A DNA stretch of 64,000 nucleotides, taken from Clostridia bacterium (GTDB lineage: Bacteria > Bacillota > Clostridia > Oscillospirales > CAG-272). The stretch is taken from assembly GCA_017454525.1 (NCBI GenBank), contig JAFTCT010000100.1:4850-68849 (forward strand), written 5' to 3'. This document shows positions 1 to 8,250 of the stretch, piece after piece. How positions within the stretch are numbered: the first letter of the stretch is position 1; every line of letters begins with the position of its first letter. The translations under genes were made by a program, and so were the position numbers. The notes under the pieces were generated by a model. The model made no database searches. It worked only from the letters and a program-made list of their open reading frames with translations, and was not told the DNA's origin.

Positions 1-2
1 AT

Positions 3-722
3 ACGCTCGGCAGAGAAATCGCGGTCGACGCCGTGATCCCGCAGGGCGCCGATCACTACAAGACCGTCTGGCTGCTGCACGGCCTTTCGGATAATCATAC
101 CGCTTGGCAGCGCTACACGCGCGTGGAACAGTTCGCCGCCCGCGTCGGCGCCGCGCTCGTGATGCCCAACTGCGACCGCAGTTTCTATACCGATATGGCG
201 TACGGCGACAGTTACTTCACGTTCCTGACAGAAGAATTGCCCGCCGTGATGCGCGGCTTCTTCCGCGGCATGAGCGACCGCAGAGAAGACAACTTCATCG
301 CGGGTCTCTCCATGGGCGGATACGGCGCGTTCAAAGCGGCTTTGACCTTCCCGGAGAGATACGCGGCGGCGTGTTCCCTTTCCGGCGCGCTCGATATCCG
401 ATTCATGCTCGACGAATACGGTCTGCGCGACAATTCCCTCTTCCCGCTGATCTTCGGAAGCGAGGAGGAATTCGTGGGGAGCGGAAACGATCTTTTCGCT
501 CTGCTCGAAAAGGACGTACGAGATCATAAGGCGCTGCCCGACCTGTTCATGTCCTGCGGAACCGAGGATCCGATCATTCCCTGCAGCAGAAGGTTTTTCG
601 AGCTCTGCGGGAAACTGAACGTTCCGATCGATTACACAGAGAGTCCGGGCGTTCACAACTGGGCATACTGGAACGAACGCATCGAGCCGTTCATCAACAT
701 TCTTCCGAAATATGAACCTTAA
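3..722 (+). CDS. esterase-family alpha/beta hydrolase (esterase D / tributyrin-esterase type); N-terminus probably cut by the window edge
   Basis: ORF 33..722, and the same frame stays open back to nt 3. GLSMGGYGA nucleophile elbow (GxSxG), WLLHGLSDNH region and a C-terminal GVHNW His motif. Confidence 0.75.
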   Translation, partial: TLGREIAVDAVIPQGADHYKTVWLLHGLSDNHTAWQRYTRVEQFAARVGAALVMPNCDRSFYTDMAYGDSYFTFLTEELPAVMRGFFRGMSDRREDNFIAGLSMGGYGAFKAALTFPERYAAACSLSGALDIRFMLDEYGLRDNSLFPLIFGSEEEFVGSGNDLFALLEKDVRDHKALPDLFMSCGTEDPIIPCSRRFFELCGKLNVPIDYTESPGVHNWAYWNERIEPFINILPKYEP

Positions 723-732
723 GGAACCCGAT

Positions 733-1677
733 ATGACGAAAATCCGATCAACAGCAATGATCCTGGCGGCGGTCTGTCTCGTTTGCACCGCGCTGCTCGC
801 CTCCTGTTCGGAAACAGACGTTTCGCTGGTCCCCGTGACGAACGAACCGACCTATCGCATCCCGGAAACGGCTTCCGGTACAGAGACCGCGGAGTCTTCT
901 CTGAACAGCGCCGGTCAAACGGTCCCGGACCCCGTGACCTCCTCCACCGCCGACCTCCCGTCGGAAACGGAAACGGCGGCCGATCCCCACGGCGATACAG
1001 GAACGACGGTATCCGTGACCGACGGCAGCGATCTCACAAACACCGCGACCGCGACGCCTGCGCCCACGCCCACACCCACGCCTACGCCGACACCTACGCC
1101 GACACCGACACCTACGCCGACACCGACACCTACGCCGACGCCCGTGATGATACCGGCGGAAAAACTCACTCTGATCGCGCCGACCGACCTCAACGGCAAA
1201 ACGGCTTACCGGCTGATCGTCAGAACCGAGCCGGAAAACGCAAATGAACCGCTGATCTTTGAAAGCAGCGACGAAGCGATCCTCAGCGTTCAGGGGGACG
1301 GAACGGCGTACGCGGGCAACAGCGGAAGCGTTACCGTCACGGTAAAGACCGCGGACGGAAGACTTTTCTCCAGCGCAAGGATCACCGTTCACAACATGGT
1401 ATCTTCCCTGCTCGTCGACTATCCCGCCACGCTGAAACTCGGCGAGAGCTGCGTGGTCACCTGTACCGTTCTTCCCGCGGGCGCCGAACACAGAGGCGTA
1501 TACTGGGCAGACGACGATCAGTACGTCGGAGACGGCAGGGATATCGTGAAAATCGAACCGGACGGAATGACCTGCAAAATCACGGCGGTCGGCGTCGGCG
1601 TCAGCATGGTCACGGTAGGATCCAATGATTTTCCCGATTCCGTCGTAAAATCCTTCAGCATCAGAGTAACAGAATAA
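733..1677 (+). CDS. surface lipoprotein with Pro-Thr linker and bacterial Ig-like (Big_2-type) domains
   Basis: Signal peptide with lipobox LLASC. Long (PT)n linker. C-terminal half resembles Big_2 repeats (EPENANEPLIFESSDEAILSV...GSVTVTVKT). An ATG at 712 is an alternative start. Confidence 0.7.
   Translation: MTKIRSTAMILAAVCLVCTALLASCSETDVSLVPVTNEPTYRIPETASGTETAESSLNSAGQTVPDPVTSSTADLPSETETAADPHGDTGTTVSVTDGSDLTNTATATPAPTPTPTPTPTPTPTPTPTPTPTPTPTPVMIPAEKLTLIAPTDLNGKTAYRLIVRTEPENANEPLIFESSDEAILSVQGDGTAYAGNSGSVTVTVKTADGRLFSSARITVHNMVSSLLVDYPATLKLGESCVVTCTVLPAGAEHRGVYWADDDQYVGDGRDIVKIEPDGMTCKITAVGVGVSMVTVGSNDFPDSVVKSFSIRVTE
1054..1146 (+). repeat. in-frame ACN-CCN (Thr-Pro) hexanucleotide tract with 12/18-nt higher-order repeats
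   Basis: The units cctacgccgaca / ccgaca are reiterated and encode (PT)n. Confidence 0.9.
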
Positions 1678-1687
1678 GAGGCAGCGT

Positions 1688-3340
1688 ATGATGAACCGGT
1701 TACAACGCATTTCGGCGCTTCTGCTCGCCGTGCTCCTCCTCTCGCTCAGCGCCTGCACGCTCTCGCCCGTCATCCGGCACGAAAGCGAACAGACGTCGGG
1801 CAATGGAGAGGAGGAACGGCAGCCGCGCCTTGTCCTGAATATCACCGAAGCAACCCTTGCGGCAGGCGAACATTTACTGCTCGTTCCGACAGTCATCCCG
1901 GTGCAGAAATACGCGCCGGTCTATCATTTTGAAACGTCGGATTCCCTTGTGGCGCAGGTCGACGAAAAAGGTCTGGTCACCGCGACGGGCGCCGGCGTGT
2001 GCACCGTTACCGCATCCGTCGGAGATCTGACGGGAACGTGTACTCTGACCGTAACGGGCGAGGCGTCCGTCACGACCACTGCGCCGACTCCCGATACGCC
2101 GACCGTTGTGCCGACTCCTTCAGAGACTGCCCCGACGCCGACGGTCTCCACGACGGAGCCGCCCCCCACCCCCACGCCGACGGTCACGGCGACCGTGACG
2201 GAAACAGAAACGCCCGATCCCTATATCCCGATCGAGCGGCTGGAACTCATCACGCCCACGGTATATATGGGTGGCAGTTTCCGGTTATCGGCGGTCGCAT
2301 ATCCCGAGAATGCGACCGAAACCTATTCCTTCTACGTCAGTGATACGCGCTTCGTCGATCTGAATACCGAAACGGGCGAATTCTCGGTATCGAAAAACGA
2401 CGGCGTGGAAGTCACGTTCTTCGTGCGCGGAGACGACAACGGAGTTGAAGCGTCGAAGCGAGTCGGACTCTCGACGCCTGCGAAGCTGATGCGCCTTGAC
2501 GACAATACCGAGCTGCGCGTGAACAACAGAAAAGTGCGATATGACATTGAGGTCGGAAAAACCTGGACTCTGAAAGCGTCGTTCCGTTCGGGCGACGAGA
2601 CGCAGACGGTCCGCTGGATCAACGATTCGACACTCGGTACCGCCTCGTGCCTGTCGGTTTCCTCCGACGGACAGAAATGCACCGTTACGGCGGTAAAGCC
2701 CGGTGAAGCGGCGCTGCGTCTGAATTTTATACTTGCGGGCGAAGTCTATGACCGCACGCTCTATCTTCGCATCGTGGAAGCGCCCAAGCCGCAGTTGGAA
2801 GTCGATCCCCCGGAACTGACTCTGACCACGGGCGAGGAGTATACGCTGAAAACCGTAAAGCGCAACACGTCGGGAGATCTGATCTTTGAAAGCGGCGACA
2901 AGTCGGTGCTGACCGTCGACAGCGCCGGAAAGATCACCGCGATCGCCCCGGGCCTTGCGATTGTGACGGTTTCCACCGCAGACCGTTCGGTTTCCGTGAC
3001 CTGCCGCGTCACCGTGAAGGGTCTTCCCGAGGTCGTTCTTGAACAGAGCAGTCTTTCGCTCTCTGAGGGCGAGGAAGCGTCTGTCGGCGCCTCGCTTGTG
3101 AACGCAGAGGGAACGCTGAACTACGTTTCGGACAACGACGCCGTCGCCTCCGTCACGAAAGAAGGACTGGTGACGGCGCGCGCCGCCGGGATCGCCGTGA
3201 TCACGGTCAGCGATCCGGTTTCCGGCGCATCCGCTTCTCTTACCGTGACCGTCGCCGCTCCGGATCCCACGCCTACGCCTACGCCCGCGCCGACGGAAAC
3301 GCCGGCAGAAATACCGGAGCCCGATCGTGACGCCGCATAA
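1688..3340 (+). CDS. surface lipoprotein with several Big_2-type Ig-like domains and Pro/Thr-rich linkers
   Basis: Signal peptide with lipobox LSACT. Repeated motifs of the type F.SSD..VA.VD..G.VTA...G.A.ITV. PT-rich linker mid-protein and at the C-terminus. Paralogous architecture to the upstream gene. Confidence 0.7.
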   Translation: MMNRLQRISALLLAVLLLSLSACTLSPVIRHESEQTSGNGEEERQPRLVLNITEATLAAGEHLLLVPTVIPVQKYAPVYHFETSDSLVAQVDEKGLVTATGAGVCTVTASVGDLTGTCTLTVTGEASVTTTAPTPDTPTVVPTPSETAPTPTVSTTEPPPTPTPTVTATVTETETPDPYIPIERLELITPTVYMGGSFRLSAVAYPENATETYSFYVSDTRFVDLNTETGEFSVSKNDGVEVTFFVRGDDNGVEASKRVGLSTPAKLMRLDDNTELRVNNRKVRYDIEVGKTWTLKASFRSGDETQTVRWINDSTLGTASCLSVSSDGQKCTVTAVKPGEAALRLNFILAGEVYDRTLYLRIVEAPKPQLEVDPPELTLTTGEEYTLKTVKRNTSGDLIFESGDKSVLTVDSAGKITAIAPGLAIVTVSTADRSVSVTCRVTVKGLPEVVLEQSSLSLSEGEEASVGASLVNAEGTLNYVSDNDAVASVTKEGLVTARAAGIAVITVSDPVSGASASLTVTVAAPDPTPTPTPAPTETPAEIPEPDRDAA

Positions 3341-3388
3341 AGCCGGCAAAAAAATGGAATTTCATTGTTCAGAAAGGATCCCTTCGCC

Positions 3389-5365
3389 ATGAAAAAACTT
3401 CTGACTGCAGTTTTGCTTTGCGCGGTCTTTTTCCTGTCGGTTCTCCCGATCGCCGTATACGCGGCGCCGGTATCGGTGGAGTTGAAGGTAACGACCGGCA
3501 CGGTCTATCCGGGGTGTACGCTTTCAGTCTGCGTATTTGCCTCGGGAAACAATATTATGATCATGCAGGGCAAACCGTTAGAATACGATACGTCGCTTCT
3601 GACGCTCGCGGAGGATCCCGCGCCGGGGCTGAATTCCTGGCAATACGCTGTCGGCGGAAGCAATTTCATCGTGGAAAATCCGAGATTTGAGACGGCGTCC
3701 GGTTCCGGTCTTCAAATGCTTGTTTACCGTTTCAGACTGTCAAGCAGCGCAAAGATCGGCTCTTCTCTTACCTTTCGCATCAAAAATCTGATCGTGTCGA
3801 CCTCCGACGGCAATGCGCAGAACGGATTTTCCGGAGACGTATCCTTAACGGTTAAGATCGAAGAACGCCCGAAGAGCACCAACGCCGCGCTCTCTTCCCT
3901 GTCCATTGACGGCGTAACGCTCGTTCCTGCGTTTTCTTCCTCCGTCACCGCATATACCGCGACCGTTCCCTACACCGTCACCTCTCTGAAGGTCAGCGCC
4001 AGGACCTCGAGCGACGCGGCAAAGTATTCCGTTACGGGCGGCAGCGATCTTCAGTACGGTGAAAACCGGCTGGAAGTCGAGGTCACCGCCGAAAGCGGCG
4101 CCAAAGCGGTGTACACCGTCGTTGTCACACGTACGCCGCCTCCCTCCAAAGACGCCGCGCTGTCCGCGCTGTCCGCGGAAGGATACGTTCTGACGCCTGA
4201 ATTCGATCCGTCGTCGACCAGTTACGCCATCACCGTCCCTGCCGACGTGACTTCCGTGAAGCTCACCGCAGCCGCCAAAGACGCCAAAGCAAAGGTCAAG
4301 ATCGTCGGAGACGGCGATCTCGTGATCGGAGAAAACACCGTAACGGTCACCGTCACGGCGGAAGACGGCGTATCGGTCTGCGTTTATACGCTTCACGTGA
4401 CGCGTCTTCGCCCGGTCGATACCGACGCGCACCTTGCGGTGCTGACGTTCGGAGAATATGAAACGGATCCCCTGTTCGCTCCGGACTCCGACGTCACGGA
4501 ATACACCGTTACCGTTCCTTACGAAGTGAACAGCATCGCTCTGTTGAACGTCTCTTTAAGAAGCTCCTACGCCACGTACGAAGTGAATTCCCCGGAGTTT
4601 TTCGAGGTCGGCAGCAACACGGTATCGATCGTCTGCAGAGCGGAGGACGGCGAAACCGTTATGAATTACACGTTGACGGTGATCAGGAACGCGCGGATCC
4701 TCAATACCGATTCGAGCATCAGATCCCTTACGTACGACAAGGGAACGATGACGCCGAAATTCTCGCCGGACGTATACAGTTACATGATCATTACCGAGCC
4801 GGATCCCGGTTCCCTGACCTTCAAAGCCGAGCCCAACGATCCCGCCGCTTCCGCGGAAACCGTGATATTCATTCCCGCGCCGGGATTGAATGAACAAACG
4901 GTGACCTGCACTGCCGAAGACGGCAGTACGAGCGTGTATACGATCTACGTATACACCCCGCCGACGGCGGATCCTCACCTCTATCTGAACGGCATTCCGG
5001 CGGTCGGAAACACGGTCACGACGCAAATCGACGACGCGGGCGCCGGCGGCAGCTTCCGCTGGTTCATTGACGGAAAGCCGTCGGAAACGGATACCGGCAG
5101 TTCCTATCGCGTCAAAGAAGAGGACGCGGGCAAGGCAATCTACGCCGAGTACACCGACCCCTCCGGAAAAACGATCCGCTCCCAGACCCTGTCGGTCCCC
5201 GCGTCCGAAGCAGAGACGAAACAGCCGGAAAGCGAAACGCCCGACACGCCGCAGCGGAACGTTACCGAATTGATCGTCGTGCTGATCCTCGCGGTGTTCT
5301 GCATCGGCGCAGGCGTGATCATCGGTATCTTCTTTACGAAAAAGAGTCAGCACAAGAACAAATAG
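3389..5365 (+). CDS. membrane-anchored surface protein: N-terminal cohesin-like module, four cadherin-like beta-sandwich repeats, C-terminal TM helix
   Basis: Signal peptide (MKKLLTAVLLCAVFFLSVLPIAVYA). The N-terminal ~135 aa show a cohesin-like pattern (V.V.LKV..G.V.PG.T..V.V...G....MQG..L.YD...L.L). Four ~90-aa repeats carry A.LS.LS..G..L.P.F....T.Y...VP. C-terminal hydrophobic helix followed by KKSQHKNK. The ORF-track start at 3365 is TTG; the ATG at 3389 has an AGAAAGGA RBS. Confidence 0.6.
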   Translation: MKKLLTAVLLCAVFFLSVLPIAVYAAPVSVELKVTTGTVYPGCTLSVCVFASGNNIMIMQGKPLEYDTSLLTLAEDPAPGLNSWQYAVGGSNFIVENPRFETASGSGLQMLVYRFRLSSSAKIGSSLTFRIKNLIVSTSDGNAQNGFSGDVSLTVKIEERPKSTNAALSSLSIDGVTLVPAFSSSVTAYTATVPYTVTSLKVSARTSSDAAKYSVTGGSDLQYGENRLEVEVTAESGAKAVYTVVVTRTPPPSKDAALSALSAEGYVLTPEFDPSSTSYAITVPADVTSVKLTAAAKDAKAKVKIVGDGDLVIGENTVTVTVTAEDGVSVCVYTLHVTRLRPVDTDAHLAVLTFGEYETDPLFAPDSDVTEYTVTVPYEVNSIALLNVSLRSSYATYEVNSPEFFEVGSNTVSIVCRAEDGETVMNYTLTVIRNARILNTDSSIRSLTYDKGTMTPKFSPDVYSYMIITEPDPGSLTFKAEPNDPAASAETVIFIPAPGLNEQTVTCTAEDGSTSVYTIYVYTPPTADPHLYLNGIPAVGNTVTTQIDDAGAGGSFRWFIDGKPSETDTGSSYRVKEEDAGKAIYAEYTDPSGKTIRSQTLSVPASEAETKQPESETPDTPQRNVTELIVVLILAVFCIGAGVIIGIFFTKKSQHKNK

Positions 5366-5372
5366 AAAACAG

Positions 5373-5413
5373 GAGCGTTCCGTTTTGCGCACTTGGCGCA
5401 GAACGGAACGCTC
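5373..5413. terminator. bidirectional stem-loop between convergent genes
   Basis: gagcgttccgttttgcgc / gcgcagaacggaacgctc form an 18-bp stem with one mismatch. The minus-sense side is T-rich. Confidence 0.6.
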
Positions 5414-5431
5414 GATCGTTTCCGATACGGA

Positions 5432-6298
5432 TTACTCCCCGTCTGAAGGTTCGTTTTTCTCTTCCTTTTTCTCTTTATACTGATGAAAACGGTAAACGCC
5501 GAAGCACACGGCGGCGCCGAGCGGAAGCGTCAGCAGAGGAAGAACGATCTGATACGCGGGAACGGCGCTGTCGAGCGCCTTTTCATCCGTCAACAGTCCC
5601 TCGGAGGAAAAGGAATAGCGTACGCCGTCCATATCCCTCGTACCCGCAACGTAACTGCCGTTCTCGAAATAGCGGGTCTCTCCGCCGAGCGTCTGAAAGC
5701 CGTCCGCTTCAAGATATCCCTCCGCGTTGAACCGCCGCTTTTGTCCCTCGAGGATCAGCGTTTCGTCGTATACCGTTTTTCCGTCGCGCAAAAGACTGCA
5801 GCGCCGGTTGTCGTAACAGTATGAAAACGCTCTGCCGCAAAGGACGCAGACGCCTGAAGACGGGACCGGACAATGCCCCACGGCGTCGCCGTACGGCTCT
5901 CCCGCGCGCGTTTCGAAATCGTCGGCGTTAAGGACGATACGCACGTCCCCGCCGCAGACCGCAGCCGTATCGTAAGAGGGCGTTCCCTCAAACCAGACTA
6001 GCGAAAGCTCCGGCAGCGCGCCGAACACGTTCTCTTCCTGAATATACACGCCTTTGCCGACGAACAGATACCGGATCTGCCCGGCGAAAGGCAAAGACAG
6101 GATGCGATTGGTGCTTTTCAGCGTTCCGTTTCCGCCCAGAAGCAGCAGATCCTGCCCGGCAATATAGCTGAAAATGATCCCTTCACGTTCTCCCGACGCC
6201 GTCCTGTCGTTTTGCGCGCCCGAAAAACAGGAGGAAACAGACAAACACAGCGCCGTGATCAGAAACAGCGTCCATGCTCTGAAAAACCGTTTTTTCAT
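5432..6298 (-). CDS. hypothetical lipoprotein with C-terminal TM helix (possible cell-wall-binding-type repeats)
   Basis: Lipobox LSVSSC after a signal peptide. C-terminal hydrophobic segment followed by a KEKKEEK tail. GETRYFENGSYVAGTRDMDGVRYSF resembles CW-binding repeats. The ATG at 6298 has an AAGGGG RBS. Confidence 0.5.
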   Translation of the reverse strand: MKKRFFRAWTLFLITALCLSVSSCFSGAQNDRTASGEREGIIFSYIAGQDLLLLGGNGTLKSTNRILSLPFAGQIRYLFVGKGVYIQEENVFGALPELSLVWFEGTPSYDTAAVCGGDVRIVLNADDFETRAGEPYGDAVGHCPVPSSGVCVLCGRAFSYCYDNRRCSLLRDGKTVYDETLILEGQKRRFNAEGYLEADGFQTLGGETRYFENGSYVAGTRDMDGVRYSFSSEGLLTDEKALDSAVPAYQIVLPLLTLPLGAAVCFGVYRFHQYKEKKEEKNEPSDGE

Positions 6299-6426
6299 CT
6301 GCGATCCCCTTTTTGTGCATAACAATGCCGGCCGTTCCCGACATCACGCTCCTATTATATCACCCCGCGGGAAAAAATGCAATTCCTTTGTTTCTTTTTT
6401 CTTTTAATGTTTTTTCGGCATAACTC

Positions 6427-6455
6427 TTGATAATTCTCATGAGAAGTGATAGAAT
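6427..6455 (+). promoter_or_regulatory. sigma-A-type promoter of the LRR lipoprotein gene
   Basis: TTGATA - 17 nt - TAGAAT, with a TG at the extended -10 position. Confidence 0.5.
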
Positions 6456-6486
6456 ACCTCATAAATACTTAAAAAGGATCCGAAAC

Positions 6487-7536
6487 ATGAAAAGAACAGC
6501 AATCACCTGCGCTCTGGTCCTCACTGCGCTTTGCCTGCCGCTTTTCTCAGGCTGTCAGCGTACGCGCGCGCATACGATGTCCGCATATACCGTTCTCGAA
6601 GAGCCGACCTATTCCTCCAAGGGAAAACTGTCGCGTTCCTGTCTTGACGCGGGATGCGATTATACCGAAACAAAAGAGCTGCGCGCTTCCGCCGGACTGA
6701 TCTACACCGAGTCGGACGGAAGGATATACGTAGCCGGAAAAGGCGGCTGCACTGACAGCGTGATCTATATTTCCTCTGAAACGCAGGATCAAAAAAAGGT
6801 TTACGGGATCGGTGCGTCCGCGTTTCTTGACGACAAACAGATCACCGCCGTGATCGTCGGGAAAGACGTACGCGAGATCGGATCCGGCGCGTTTGCCGGC
6901 TGCGAGGCGCTTGAGAGCGTCACCCTGCCGGACAGCGCCGCGACAATCGGGTCGGAGTGTTTTCTTTCCTGCGAAGCCCTGGCGTCCGTGCGTCTCCCGG
7001 CGTCGCTATCCGCGATCCCCGACAACTGCTTCTGCGGCTGCATATCTCTCATCGACGTCTCTTTTCCCGTAGGACTTGAAACGATCGGCTATTCGGCGTT
7101 CAACAGATGCTCGTCGCTGAATGCCGCGGTATTCCCCGAAACGCTTCAGACCGTCGGCTCCTTTGCGTTCTGCGATTGCACCTCGCTTACTTTTTGCAGT
7201 TTCCCCACGGGGTTGACGTCGCTGTCGCCGTATTCCTTTTCCGGCAGCGGTCTGAAAAGCGCGCTGCTGCCCCCGACTCTCGAGAAACTCGGCAGCTGCG
7301 CATTCTACCGCTGCCGGTCCCTTACAGACGTGTTTTTGCCCAAAGAGGTCAGGACCGTCGAGGCGCCCGAAGGGATGTCGCCGTTCTATGAGAGCAGCGA
7401 TCAATTGACCGTCCGCACGGACGCTCTTGAAAAAAGCCCCGGTTGGGACGAAGGATTCGATATCCTTTTCATTCCCGACGCGGGAAACGGCGAGACCGTT
7501 CGCGTCCGCGTCCTCTATAAACAGCAGAAGAATTGA
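6487..7536 (+). CDS. BspA-type leucine-rich-repeat (LRR_5) surface lipoprotein
   Basis: Lipobox LFSGC. Tandem ~23-aa repeats of the form I...AF..C..L.SV.LP..L..I. The start is moved to the MKRTAIT ATG, which lies behind an AAGGA RBS. Confidence 0.75.
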   Translation: MKRTAITCALVLTALCLPLFSGCQRTRAHTMSAYTVLEEPTYSSKGKLSRSCLDAGCDYTETKELRASAGLIYTESDGRIYVAGKGGCTDSVIYISSETQDQKKVYGIGASAFLDDKQITAVIVGKDVREIGSGAFAGCEALESVTLPDSAATIGSECFLSCEALASVRLPASLSAIPDNCFCGCISLIDVSFPVGLETIGYSAFNRCSSLNAAVFPETLQTVGSFAFCDCTSLTFCSFPTGLTSLSPYSFSGSGLKSALLPPTLEKLGSCAFYRCRSLTDVFLPKEVRTVEAPEGMSPFYESSDQLTVRTDALEKSPGWDEGFDILFIPDAGNGETVRVRVLYKQQKN

Positions 7537-7548
7537 CAGGTAAACGCC

Positions 7549-8163
7549 ATGCACGAAGAACTGTACGTCAGAGACGGATCGAAGATCCGATATGCAATGC
7601 TTGTTTTTTCAATCATAATCCTTCCCTTTTCTCTTCTGGAATTCGCCGTCAGAAACGGAACGCCCGAATTCTCATTCCGCTTGAATACGCCTCTTCTGTC
7701 CGCCGCCGTAATGATGTTTCTGTCGTTTTTTGACGGTCTGTTCAAGAGTCTGATGCGCTTTCTATACCCCTATCTCGCGCTTCTCGTCGCCGAATTCCTG
7801 CGGTTCGGGACGGTGAGCATCTTCAACCGTGAAATGCCTTTTGATATCTACGTGATCTCGGCGTTTTTCATGCTCGCGGCGTTCGGCTTCACGTTCATTC
7901 TCTACTTTATCGCGCAGGGCAAGATGCGCACGAAGATCTTTCTGATCTGCTGGCCTGTGTTGATGGCGATCCTCGCGACCGTCAGCATCATTGTAAGGAT
8001 CCTTCCGTTCGGCGCGTACGATCAGGTCACAAAGGGCGTTTTCTGCATCGGCGTTTCAGACTATATCGCTTTCCTGCTCCTGAATGCTTCCGGTCTGTCC
8101 GTCGCGTTTGCGCTGCGGGACGATAAGGTAAAAAAAGAGAAAAAGGAAAGAAAATCACGGTAG
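7549..8163 (+). CDS. hypothetical polytopic membrane protein
   Basis: Five to six hydrophobic helices and a KKEKKERK C-terminal tail. No recognisable motif. Confidence 0.5.
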   Translation: MHEELYVRDGSKIRYAMLVFSIIILPFSLLEFAVRNGTPEFSFRLNTPLLSAAVMMFLSFFDGLFKSLMRFLYPYLALLVAEFLRFGTVSIFNREMPFDIYVISAFFMLAAFGFTFILYFIAQGKMRTKIFLICWPVLMAILATVSIIVRILPFGAYDQVTKGVFCIGVSDYIAFLLLNASGLSVAFALRDDKVKKEKKERKSR

Positions 8164-8170
8164 TTCCCCG

Positions 8171-8226
8171 AAAAAAAAAAGGGGTGTTTCATTTGGCGCA
8201 AATACGCCAAATGAAACACCCCTTTT
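8171..8226. terminator. bidirectional rho-independent terminator
   Basis: A10 run, a perfect 18-bp stem (ggggtgtttcatttggcg / cgccaaatgaaacacccc), a 6-nt loop and a T4 run. Lies between convergent genes. Confidence 0.85.
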
Positions 8227-8250
8227 CATATTCATAATTCCGATTCAGAG

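Noticed and set aside
1054-1146. A short tandem DNA repeat that might be mistaken for a CRISPR-like or minisatellite element.
   Set aside because: The units are 6-18 nt with no spacers, lie in frame inside a lipoprotein gene and encode a (PT)n linker. No CRISPR array was seen anywhere in the window.
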